Source: Panacagrimonas sp.
GTDB taxonomy: Bacteria > Pseudomonadota > Gammaproteobacteria > Nevskiales > Nevskiaceae
Direction of reading: 5' to 3'
Length of the DNA stretch: 32,000 nt
NCBI GenBank assembly: GCA_052389915.1
Contig: JBQTHL010000056.1
Coordinates: forward strand, 15,481-47,480
The position numbers and the translations under genes were made by a program. Of the stretch, positions 9,266 to 16,742 are shown piece after piece. Under the pieces are notes generated by a model. It ran no database searches and had not been told where the DNA came from. It saw nothing but the letters and a program-made list of their open reading frames with translations. How positions within the stretch are numbered: position 1 is the first letter of the stretch; each line of letters begins with the position of its first letter.

Positions 9266-9877
9266 TCATCTGGGGACCGCGGTCCCGCTGTAGAAGTAAC
9301 TCAGGAACCGGGGGCCTTTGACGTAGCCCTGCCAAGCGTTGTCGATGCGGAAGCCCGACTTCTCCACCATTGAATGGATCGACCGGTTCAGATGGCAACC
9401 GCCACCGATGACCTTCCAGTACGGCGTGATGCGATCCTGCCAGCGGCGCACGCCCTCGTCGGTCGCAGCCCCGTGTTCGACGAACAGCAACTGTCCGTCC
9501 GGCTTGAGTGCCCGGCGCATTTCCGCCAGCGCCGCCTCGGGATCGGGAATGGTGCAGAGGCTGAATGTGCAGACCACGGTGTCGAAGCTCTTGTTCTCCA
9601 CCGGGATGCGTTCAGCAGAGAGCGGCACTTCCTTCAGCTCGATCCCCTTTTCCGCGGCACGCCGGGTCGCCTTGGGGTGCAGGCCAGGGTCCACGCCGCA
9701 GACGCAAGCCACGTCAGATCCATGGTAGTGCGGGATGTTGCGGCCGGTGCCCATGCCGATCTCCAGCACCTGGCCTCGCGCTTTGGGGACCAGTCGACGG
9801 CGCTGGTTCTCGAAGGAGGGAAGGCCACATACGAAGTCAACGACGTGCGGCAACACATGGCGTTCGTAGAAATTCAT
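9266..9877 (-). CDS. Class I SAM-dependent methyltransferase
   Basis: 203 aa. Has SAM motif I VLEIGMGTG, an acidic loop ...GVDPG, and post-I/II blocks DTVVCTFSLC and LKPDGQLLFVEHG. Confidence 0.85.
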   Translation of the reverse strand: MNFYERHVLPHVVDFVCGLPSFENQRRRLVPKARGQVLEIGMGTGRNIPHYHGSDVACVCGVDPGLHPKATRRAAEKGIELKEVPLSAERIPVENKSFDTVVCTFSLCTIPDPEAALAEMRRALKPDGQLLFVEHGAATDEGVRRWQDRITPYWKVIGGGCHLNRSIHSMVEKSGFRIDNAWQGYVKGPRFLSYFYSGTAVPR

Positions 9878-9902
9878 TTCGGCATCCGCATTGCAGCGCG
9901 CG

Positions 9903-11060
9903 TCATTCCAGCCCGCGCGCGATCAGTTCCTTCATGATCTCGTTGGTGCCTCCGTAGATCTTCTGTACCCGCGCGTCCTGGTACATGCGGGCGATAGGAT
10001 ACTCGGTCATGTAGCCGAAGCCGCCGAAGAACTGCAGGCACTCGTCCACGATCTCGCACTGCTTTTGTGTGCCCCACCACTTGGCCATCGAGGCGGTCGC
10101 TGCGTCGAGCTTGCCCTCCATCAATTTCTGGATGCAGTGATCGATGAAGACGCGACCGATGGTGATTTCGGTCTGCCGCTCGGCCAGCTTGAAGCGCGTG
10201 TTCTGGAACTCCATGAGCGTCTTGCCGAAAGCCTTGCGCTCGCGCACGTAGGCCAGCGTGTGTTTCATCGCCGCCTCGGCAGCGGCGATCGCGCCGACGC
10301 CGATGATCAGGCGCTCGCGCGGTAACTGGTTCATGAGCTGGTAGAAACCCTGACCCTCGCGGCCACCCAGCAGGTTCTCGGCCGGGAGGCGCAGGTTCTC
10401 GAAGAACAGCTCCGCTGTGTCCTGGCCCTTCTGGCCGATCTTGTGCAACAGCCGACCGCGCTTGAAGCCGGGCAGGGTATTGGGATGCTCGGCGACGATC
10501 AGCGAGATGCCCTTGGCCGCGGCCTCCGGATCGGTCTTGCAGACGATGATCAGCAGCCCGGCGTGATGGCCGTTGGAGATGAACGTCTTGGCGCCGTTGA
10601 CGATGTAATGATCGCCGTCACGCTGGGCGCGCGTGCGCACAGCCTGCAGATCCGAACCGGTACCGGGTTCGGTCATGGCGATCGCACCGACCATTTGTCC
10701 CGATACCAGCTGCGGCAACCAGCGGGCCTTCTGCTCGGCGGTCCCGCAGCCGACGATGTAGTGTGTGACGATCTCGTGCACGCCCTTGGCCCAGGCCGTG
10801 TTACCGGCGTAGGCCTGCTCTTCCAGGATCACGGCCTCGTGCGCGAAGGTGCCGCCCGCGCCGCCATACTCCTCGGCCACGTCCGTGCACAGTAGGCCGG
10901 CCGCGCCGGCCTTGAGCCACAGCGAGCGGTCCACGCACTGCTGCGCGCCCCACTCTTCTTCGTGGGGCGTAATTTCGGTGGCGATGAACCTGCGCACGTT
11001 GTCGCGGAACAGCGACAGCTCCTCGTTCATCCACGGCGACTCGGGCTTGTTCATGGTCAT
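9903..11060 (-). CDS. Acyl-CoA dehydrogenase (LCAD/IVD-like catalytic base position)
   Basis: ORF 9903..11573 trimmed to ATG 11060 (MTMNKPESPWMNEELSLFRDNVRRF...), because the upstream 171 codons overlap SDR gene 11063..11887. Contains AIAMTEPGTGSDLQAV, LPRERLIIG and FGGFGYMTEYPIARMYQDARVQKIYGGTNEIM. Confidence 0.92.
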   Translation of the reverse strand: MTMNKPESPWMNEELSLFRDNVRRFIATEITPHEEEWGAQQCVDRSLWLKAGAAGLLCTDVAEEYGGAGGTFAHEAVILEEQAYAGNTAWAKGVHEIVTHYIVGCGTAEQKARWLPQLVSGQMVGAIAMTEPGTGSDLQAVRTRAQRDGDHYIVNGAKTFISNGHHAGLLIIVCKTDPEAAAKGISLIVAEHPNTLPGFKRGRLLHKIGQKGQDTAELFFENLRLPAENLLGGREGQGFYQLMNQLPRERLIIGVGAIAAAEAAMKHTLAYVRERKAFGKTLMEFQNTRFKLAERQTEITIGRVFIDHCIQKLMEGKLDAATASMAKWWGTQKQCEIVDECLQFFGGFGYMTEYPIARMYQDARVQKIYGGTNEIMKELIARGLE

Positions 11061-11062
11061 GC

Positions 11063-11887
11063 TCACATCGAGAAGCCGCCACCGCAGATCAGCACCTGTC
11101 CGCTGACGTAGTTGGATTCCGGGATGCAGAACAGATACACCGAGCCAGCCGCCTCGACCGGCGTTCCGGCGCGGCCCAGGGGCACGGTGGCTTCCATCGT
11201 CTTGAGCAGATCCGGGTTGACGCCGACCTTGATCTTGCGTCCTTCGACGTCGATGCTCGCGTCGGTACCCGCAGCCGCTTCCGTGAGGCGCGTCTTGATC
11301 AGGCCAAACGCCACGCAGTTGACGTTGACCTTGTAGCGGCCCCATTCCTTGGACATGGCCTTGGTCAGGCCGATGACCGCCGCCTTGCCCGCCGAGTAGT
11401 TGGCCTGGCCCGCATTGCCGCTGGTGCCGGCGATCGAAGAGATGTTCACGACCTTGCGGAACACCTCGCGGCCTTCCATCGCCTCCTTCTTGGTCTGCAC
11501 GCGCAGATATTCCGAGGCAGCTCGCAGGATCTGGAACGGTGCGGTGACATGCACGTCCATGATCGCGTGCCACTGCTCATCGCTCATCTTGTGAATGACG
11601 TTGTCCCAGGTGTAGCCGGCGTTGTTGACGATGATGTCGAGGCCACCGAGCTGTTCGATGGCGGTGTTGACGAAACGTTCGGCGAAACCCTTTTCCGTCA
11701 CGCTGCCGGGGCAGGCGATGGCCTTGCGGCCCAGGGCCTTGATGGCGGCGACGGTTTCTTCCGCGGGCGCCGCGTCGAGGTCGTTGACCACCACGTCCGC
11801 GCCTTCCGAGGCGAGCTTGAGTGCGATTTCACGGCCGATGCCGCGACCTGATCCGGTGACGAGTGCCACCTTGCCTGCGAGTTTCAT
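11063..11887 (-). CDS. SDR, MFE-2-type (D-specific) 3-hydroxyacyl-CoA dehydrogenase-like
   Basis: 274 aa. Contains ALVTGSGRGIGREIA, IVNNAGYTWDNVIHKMSDEQWHAIMDVHVTAPF and NISSIAGTSGNAGQANYSAGKAAVIGLTK. By eye this closely parallels the SDR domain of peroxisomal multifunctional enzyme 2. Confidence 0.88.
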   Translation of the reverse strand: MKLAGKVALVTGSGRGIGREIALKLASEGADVVVNDLDAAPAEETVAAIKALGRKAIACPGSVTEKGFAERFVNTAIEQLGGLDIIVNNAGYTWDNVIHKMSDEQWHAIMDVHVTAPFQILRAASEYLRVQTKKEAMEGREVFRKVVNISSIAGTSGNAGQANYSAGKAAVIGLTKAMSKEWGRYKVNVNCVAFGLIKTRLTEAAAGTDASIDVEGRKIKVGVNPDLLKTMEATVPLGRAGTPVEAAGSVYLFCIPESNYVSGQVLICGGGFSM

Positions 11888-11916
11888 GGAGTCTGATTCC
11901 TGAGGGTTGAATGTGA

Positions 11917-12336
11917 CTACTTCAGCGCGACCAGCGCGTCGCCCGAGAGCTTGACCTCGCCCTTGTCGTCGACGATGCCGATCTCCAGCTTGACCACCGT
12001 CTCGCCGTTGCGCTCGAGCTTTTCCACCACCTTGCCGCCGCAGGTCAGCTTGGCGCCGATGGGCGTGATGGCCGAGAAGCGCACGGCGTAGTGACGGAGC
12101 TGCGTCTGCGGTGCCCAGTTTGTGAGGAAGCGGCCGAGGTAGGCCATCGACAACATGCCGTGGGCAAATACGTCCGGCATGCCGGCGGCCTTGGCGAAGT
12201 CCAGATCGATGTGCACCGGGTTGTGATCGCCCGAGGCGCCGGCGAACAGGGCCAGCGTGGTGCGCGTGATGCGCGGCAGCTTCAGCGTCGGTAGTTCGTC
12301 GCCGACCTTCACTTCATGGAATGCAGGGGCGCTCAT
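11917..12336 (-). CDS. MaoC-domain (R)-specific enoyl-CoA hydratase, catalytic subunit
   Basis: 139 aa. The hydratase-2 motif is intact: FAGASGDHNPVHIDLDFAKAAG. Its start overlaps the upstream stop as ATGA (12333-12336). Confidence 0.88.
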   Translation of the reverse strand: MSAPAFHEVKVGDELPTLKLPRITRTTLALFAGASGDHNPVHIDLDFAKAAGMPDVFAHGMLSMAYLGRFLTNWAPQTQLRHYAVRFSAITPIGAKLTCGGKVVEKLERNGETVVKLEIGIVDDKGEVKLSGDALVALK

Positions 12337-12791
12337 GCCGATTTCTCCTTGGGGTTGCGGGCAACGATCACGCTGCGCGCTTCCATGACCTTGACGCCGT
12401 TCTGGTCGGTGATGACAGAGTCCTTGACGATGAATTCCAGCGCGCCGCCTTTCTTGGAATAGATGTCGGCGATGCGCGACTCCACTTTCAGCACGTCGCC
12501 GGCACAGACCTGCGCGTGATAGGTGAAGCTCTGCTCGCCGTGCAGGATGTTTCCGATGGGCACGCCCAGTTCCTCGAGCAGGGTGAACATGATTCCGGCA
12601 TCCAGGTCCGCGCCCATCAGGAAGGTCGGTGGTACCGGCAGGCTGCGGTAGCCCGCAGCCTGGGCCGCGGCCTCGTCGATGTACTCGGGCCGGGTTTCGC
12701 CGGTGGCCTTGGCGAAGAAGCGCAGGCGCCCCTTCTCCACTTCAAACAGCGTGCTCGGCAACTGCCGGCCGATGTGCTTGGTGTCGATCAT
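12333..12791 (-). CDS. MaoC-N-terminal-like hotdog protein, non-catalytic hydratase partner
   Basis: ORF 12333..13583 trimmed to ATG 12791 (MIDTKHIGRQLPSTLFEVEKGRLRFF...), because the upstream part overlaps the thiolase gene. The motif position reads FAKATGETRPEYID, lacking both Asp and His of the hydratase-2 motif. Confidence 0.8.
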   Translation of the reverse strand: MIDTKHIGRQLPSTLFEVEKGRLRFFAKATGETRPEYIDEAAAQAAGYRSLPVPPTFLMGADLDAGIMFTLLEELGVPIGNILHGEQSFTYHAQVCAGDVLKVESRIADIYSKKGGALEFIVKDSVITDQNGVKVMEARSVIVARNPKEKSA

Positions 12792-12805
12792 GGAAGTGCT
12801 CGCCC

Positions 12806-13984
12806 TCAGACCTGGTACATGGTCACGACGCAGGCGCCGCCGAGGCCCAGGTTGTGCTGCAGCGCCGTGCGCGCACCCTTGACCTGGCGCGCCTCGGCCG
12901 TGCCGCGCAACTGCTGGACCAGCTCGGTGCACTGCGCAAGGCCGGTCGCACCCAGCGGATGACCCTTGGACAGCAGGCCGCCGGAGGGATTGGTGACGAC
13001 CCGACCGCCGTAGGTGTTGTCGCCGTCGTTGACCATCTTCTCGCCGCCACCATCCGGCGCCAGGCGCAGCGCCTCGTAGGTCAGCAGTTCGTTGGTGGCG
13101 AAGCAGTCGTGCAGCTCGACCACGCTGACGTCCTTGGGATCGACGCCGGAGGCGGCGTAGACCTGATCGCCCGCGGCGCGCGCCATGTCGAAGCCGACGA
13201 GCTGCATCATGTTGCGCGCCTCGAAGGTCTCCGGTGTGTCCGTGGTCATGGCCTGCGCGATGATCTTCACCCGCGAATCCAGGCTGTGGGCCTTGGCGAA
13301 TTTCTCGGAGCAGACGATCGCCGCCGCCGCGCCACAGGTGGGCGGACAGGCCATCAGGCGCGTCATCGGTCCGATCAGCACCGGCGAGGCCATGACTTCT
13401 TCCACGGTCACTTCCTTGCGGAACAGCGCCACCGGATTGTTCATGGCATGACGGCTGGCCTTGGCGCGGATCTTCGCGAAGGTTTCGGCCTTGGTGCCGT
13501 ACTTCTCCATGTGCGCCATGCCGGCGCCGCCGAAGTAGCGGATCGCGAGCGGTACATCGGGCTGGCCGACGAGTTCGTCGCAAACGGTGTCGAAGGGCTG
13601 GAAAGGACTCGGCCGGTCATGGAAGTACGAACCCAGCGCGCCCGGTTTCATCTGCTCGAAGCCAAGCGCGATGACGCAATCCGCCGCGCCGCTCTGCACC
13701 GCCTGGCGCGCGAGAAACAGCGCGGTCGATCCCGTCGAACAGTTGTTGTTGACATTGATCACCGGAATGCCGGTCATGCCCACCGGGTACAGCGCGCGCT
13801 GGCCGCAGGTGGAATCGCCGTACACGTAGCCGACATAGGCCTGTTGCACGAGTTTGTAATCGACACCCGCATCGGCCAGCGCGCGCCGGGCCGCTTCGGC
13901 GCCCATGTCGTAATACGGTTCGGAAGTACCGGGCTTGGTGAAGGGCACCATGCCCACGCCGGCGACGACGACGGTCTGACTCAT
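12806..13984 (-). CDS. SCPx/SCP2-type thiolase (lipid-transfer-protein-like 3-ketoacyl-CoA thiolase)
   Basis: 392 aa. Has the nucleophile block VINVNNNCSTGSTALF, ELHDCFATNELLTYEAL and GHPLGATGLAQ, so all thiolase catalytic residues are present. GGAGAG lies 7 nt upstream of the ATG. Confidence 0.9.
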   Translation of the reverse strand: MSQTVVVAGVGMVPFTKPGTSEPYYDMGAEAARRALADAGVDYKLVQQAYVGYVYGDSTCGQRALYPVGMTGIPVINVNNNCSTGSTALFLARQAVQSGAADCVIALGFEQMKPGALGSYFHDRPSPFQPFDTVCDELVGQPDVPLAIRYFGGAGMAHMEKYGTKAETFAKIRAKASRHAMNNPVALFRKEVTVEEVMASPVLIGPMTRLMACPPTCGAAAAIVCSEKFAKAHSLDSRVKIIAQAMTTDTPETFEARNMMQLVGFDMARAAGDQVYAASGVDPKDVSVVELHDCFATNELLTYEALRLAPDGGGEKMVNDGDNTYGGRVVTNPSGGLLSKGHPLGATGLAQCTELVQQLRGTAEARQVKGARTALQHNLGLGGACVVTMYQV

Positions 13985-14033
13985 TGTTGACTCTCCAGAG
14001 GGTTGAGATGGATGAGGATGACGCGAAGAAAGG

Positions 14034-14051
14034 GGGCCTCGATCACGAGGC
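14034..14051 (-). terminator. Possible intrinsic terminator/attenuator after the aldehyde dehydrogenase gene
   Basis: GGCCTCG-ATCA-CGAGGCC is a perfect 7-bp stem. Read on the minus strand it is followed by CCCTTTCTTC. It lies in the 106-nt gap between the ALDH stop (14091) and the thiolase start (13984). Confidence 0.35.
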
Positions 14052-14090
14052 CAAACACGGGAGCTGGGAAGGATCTCAGCACCGTTCTAG

Positions 14091-15548
14091 CTATGCGAAC
14101 CAGCGCAAGGTCATCGCGATGAGGCGCTTCACGCGTTCGGTGTAGGGTGGATAGAACATCCGAACCAGCCCGATGCGGGTATCGGCGACGGCGCGAGCGT
14201 GTGAGAACGTGCGGAAGCCGAACTCGCCATGCGTGCTGCCAAGGCCTGAATGGTTGACGCCACCGAACGGCAGCAGTGGGTGCAGGGCCTGCACGACGGT
14301 GTTGTTGACGCAGGCGCCACCCGAGGAGGTGCGGTCCAGCACGCGGCGGATGCGTGCACGGTCCTTGCCCCAGATGTACAGCGCGAGCGGCTTTTCGCCG
14401 CCGTTGATACTGTCGATGACCTCGTCGAGTTCGCCAAACCGGATCACCGGCAGCAGCGGCCCGAAGATCTCTTCCCGGAGGATGGCGGCGTCGTCCGGCA
14501 CTCGTTCCAGGATCGTTGGTGAGACGTAGCAGTGCTCTTCCCGCACGTCACCACCGACGGCGACGGTTGCGCCACGCTGACGCGCATCGTCCAGCAGTCG
14601 CCGCACGCGGGAGGTGTGGCGGGCGTTGACGATGCGCGCGAGATCGGGCGACAGGAAACGCGCCTCGTCATCCTTGCCGAAGACTTCCGCCAGCCGCTGG
14701 CGCAGCAGGTCCAGGAACTCGTCGGCGACCGAGGCGTGTACAAACAGGTGATCGGGCGCGATGCAGGTCTGCCCGTTGTTCATGAACTTGGACCAGCACA
14801 CGTTGTGCGCGGCCGCCTTGAGGTCGGCGCTGGCGTCGATGATGGTCGGGCTCTTGCCGCCCAACTCCAGGGTGACGCTGGTGAGATGGTGCGAAGCGGC
14901 AGCCATCACCACCTTGCCCAGAGCGGGTGCCCCGGTGAAAAAAATGTGGTCGAAGGGAAGGTCGAGCAGGGTCTTGGCGAGTTCTGCGTCGCCCTGGAAC
15001 AGCGCGACTTCTTCTGCAGGAAACGTCGCGTCGATGATTGTCTGCATCTGCGCCGACAGATGTGGCGTCATCTCTGAAGGTTTTACGATGGCGGTGTTGC
15101 CGGCGGCGAGCGCCAGCACCAGCGGGCAGAAGCTGAGATTCACCGGGTAATTCCACGGCGAAACGATCAGGCAGCGGCCGCGCGGCTGGTATTCGATGCG
15201 TCCCTGAGTGCCGGCCATCAGCGGCGAGAACCCGACGCGAGTCGGCTTCATCCAGCGCTTGAGTCTGCGCATGGCCATGTTCGCTTCGGATACGACGGTG
15301 AAGATTTCCGTCAGGTCCACTTCGACTTCCGGCTTGCGGAAGTCGGCCGCCGCCGCGGCGCGAATGGCGGGTGCTGCCGCCAGAACCGCGTCGCGCAGTC
15401 TGCGGATACGTTCGATCCGCTCCACGGCGGTGGATGTGCGCCAGCGCAGAGCGGTGGGCCGCTGCGCCTCGAAAGTGGCTAACACCCGTTCTGCCAGCGG
15501 GTCCTGGACCGGCGTGCTGGGCACCGGAATCTTCGAGGGAGCGTTCAC
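14091..15548 (-). CDS. NAD(P)-dependent aldehyde dehydrogenase, class-3/coniferyl-aldehyde-DH-like (fatty/aromatic aldehyde type)
   Basis: 485 aa. Contains SPWNYPVNLSF, IVKPSE, the catalytic Glu block LELGGKSP and the catalytic Cys block NNGQTCIAPDHLFVH. GTG start at 15548 has GGAG 8-11 nt upstream. It is divergent from the CuMMO operon. Confidence 0.93.
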   Translation of the reverse strand: MNAPSKIPVPSTPVQDPLAERVLATFEAQRPTALRWRTSTAVERIERIRRLRDAVLAAAPAIRAAAAADFRKPEVEVDLTEIFTVVSEANMAMRRLKRWMKPTRVGFSPLMAGTQGRIEYQPRGRCLIVSPWNYPVNLSFCPLVLALAAGNTAIVKPSEMTPHLSAQMQTIIDATFPAEEVALFQGDAELAKTLLDLPFDHIFFTGAPALGKVVMAAASHHLTSVTLELGGKSPTIIDASADLKAAAHNVCWSKFMNNGQTCIAPDHLFVHASVADEFLDLLRQRLAEVFGKDDEARFLSPDLARIVNARHTSRVRRLLDDARQRGATVAVGGDVREEHCYVSPTILERVPDDAAILREEIFGPLLPVIRFGELDEVIDSINGGEKPLALYIWGKDRARIRRVLDRTSSGGACVNNTVVQALHPLLPFGGVNHSGLGSTHGEFGFRTFSHARAVADTRIGLVRMFYPPYTERVKRLIAMTLRWFA

Positions 15549-15775
15549 GTACGAGTCTCCATGTGAGGAGGAAGCGATTGCGGACCACTAAGGTTCATAT
15601 AAGGCTCATAGGGTTCATTCGCCCACAATAAATCAGTCAAGCGTTTGTTAGATAGTGCGGTAACGACGTTCTGCACATCGGCGCGATCAGGACGACAAAT
15701 AATATAGTGAATGTACGTACTGCGCACTACTAAATAGGCGGGTCCGATCGAAATCCAGGACGATAGCAATGTGCG

Positions 15776-15793
15776 TAGCAGAGCTATCTGCTA
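15776..15793. promoter_or_regulatory. 7-4-7 inverted repeat TAGCAGA-GCTA-TCTGCTA abutting the putative -35 of the CuMMO operon
   Basis: Read directly, with perfect arms. It ends 1 nt before TTGACT (15794-15799). Its left arm overlaps by 2 nt the shared 12-mer GCAATGTGCGTA (15766-15777). Confidence 0.3.
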
Positions 15794-15823
15794 TTGACTT
15801 TTCCATGCAAGCTCAATTATGGT
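15794..15823 (+). promoter_or_regulatory. Putative sigma70-type promoter of xmoCAB (TTGACT - 18 nt - TATGGT)
   Basis: The -35 TTGACT (15794-15799) matches consensus at 5/6. TATGGT (15818-15823) matches at 4/6. The spacer is 18 nt. This would give a 5-prime UTR of about 65-70 nt before ATG 15897. By-eye prediction only. Confidence 0.35.
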
Positions 15824-15896
15824 CTGATCGTCGCCAGCGCCCTAGCTGGTGAAGCGCGCAGAATCGGGTCGCCATCCAGGTCAGGAGGTTTACATC

Positions 15897-16691
15897 ATGA
15901 GTTCCGTCAGCCAAAGCACGACATACCAGTCCCCCACGGCTCCCTGGGCCAAGCTTTTCCTGATTCTGGTCGGAGTTGGAATGCTTTACACCGGCTACCG
16001 GCTGTATCAAAACGCTACCGCCTTCACTGTTGGGCTCGACTACTTTTCGCCGGAATTCCAGAGCACTTGGATGATGCTGCTGTATATCCAGTTGCCGGTG
16101 CTGGTCGCGATGGGCACGGGAATCGTCGGATGGATCTGGCACACGCGTGATCGCCAGTTGGACAAGCTCGCGCCGGTCGAGGAGCTGCGACGCTACTTCG
16201 TGCTGCTCGGGTACATCATGATCTTCGCGATCGTGGCCTATCTGACGGCGTCGCCGTTCACCGAGGCGGATGCGGCCTGGCATCAGGTGACGGTGCGCGA
16301 TACCGATTTCACGCCCACCCACATCACGCTGTTCTACTTCGGCATTCCCATGTTCATCATGAGCGGTGTGGCGGCGTTCGCCTACGCCCGTACACGGCTG
16401 CCACAGTTCGCGAACAAGCTGTCCCTGCCGTTTGCGCTGGTGGTTGCAGGGCCGATCATGATCATGCCCAACCTGGGGCTGAACGAATGGGGTCACACGT
16501 TCTTCTACGCCGAGGAACTGTTCGCCGCGCCGATTCACTGGGGCTTCGTGCTGCTCGGCTGGGCCACGTTTGCGGCCGGCGGACTGGTGGTGCAGATCCT
16601 CACCCGGGTCGTCGAACTGACCAAGGTGATCGGTGAGCCCGCGCCGAGGGTGGAATCGGCGAAGGCGATGGCAGTCACAGCAGCAGCCTGA
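15897..16691 (+). CDS. xmoC: Copper membrane monooxygenase subunit C (PmoC/AmoC family)
   Basis: ORF 15849..16691 trimmed to ATG 15897 (MSSVSQ...), with AGGAGG at 15883-15888. Contains EADAAWHQVTVRDTDFTPTHITLFY (D-x3-H-x12-H) and PNLGLNEWGHTFFYAEELFAAPIHWGF (N-x3-H-x13-H). These have the same spacing as the PmoC CuC and CuD ligand sets of M. capsulatus. Confidence 0.93.
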   Translation: MSSVSQSTTYQSPTAPWAKLFLILVGVGMLYTGYRLYQNATAFTVGLDYFSPEFQSTWMMLLYIQLPVLVAMGTGIVGWIWHTRDRQLDKLAPVEELRRYFVLLGYIMIFAIVAYLTASPFTEADAAWHQVTVRDTDFTPTHITLFYFGIPMFIMSGVAAFAYARTRLPQFANKLSLPFALVVAGPIMIMPNLGLNEWGHTFFYAEELFAAPIHWGFVLLGWATFAAGGLVVQILTRVVELTKVIGEPAPRVESAKAMAVTAAA

Positions 16692-16714
16692 TAACGATCC
16701 TTGGTCTTGCGTCA

Positions 16715-16742
16715 GGCGAGGGCGCCCCTCGGCGCCCTCGCC
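16715..16742 (+). other. Perfect 12-bp GC hairpin 24 nt after the xmoC stop (mRNA stability/processing or attenuation element; no U-tract)
   Basis: GGCGAGGGCGCC-CCTC-GGCGCCCTCGCC read directly. It lies in the 192-nt xmoC-xmoA spacer. Confidence 0.5.

Noticed and set aside
11061-11573. N-terminal extensions of ORFs 9903..11573, 12333..13583, 306..1037, 18759..19523 and 17623..18906 suggested by the ORF track.
   Set aside because: The extensions run through the well-supported upstream genes in another frame and are Arg/Gly-rich. Internal ATG starts (11060, 12791, 845, 18906, 17668) give normal-length family members with RBS or stop/start coupling.
16715-16742. Calling the 12-bp hairpin after xmoC a Rho-independent terminator.
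   Set aside because: No U-tract follows it (the downstream sequence is GGAGAGCGACG). The A and B subunits must also be expressed downstream. I kept it as a structural RNA element only.
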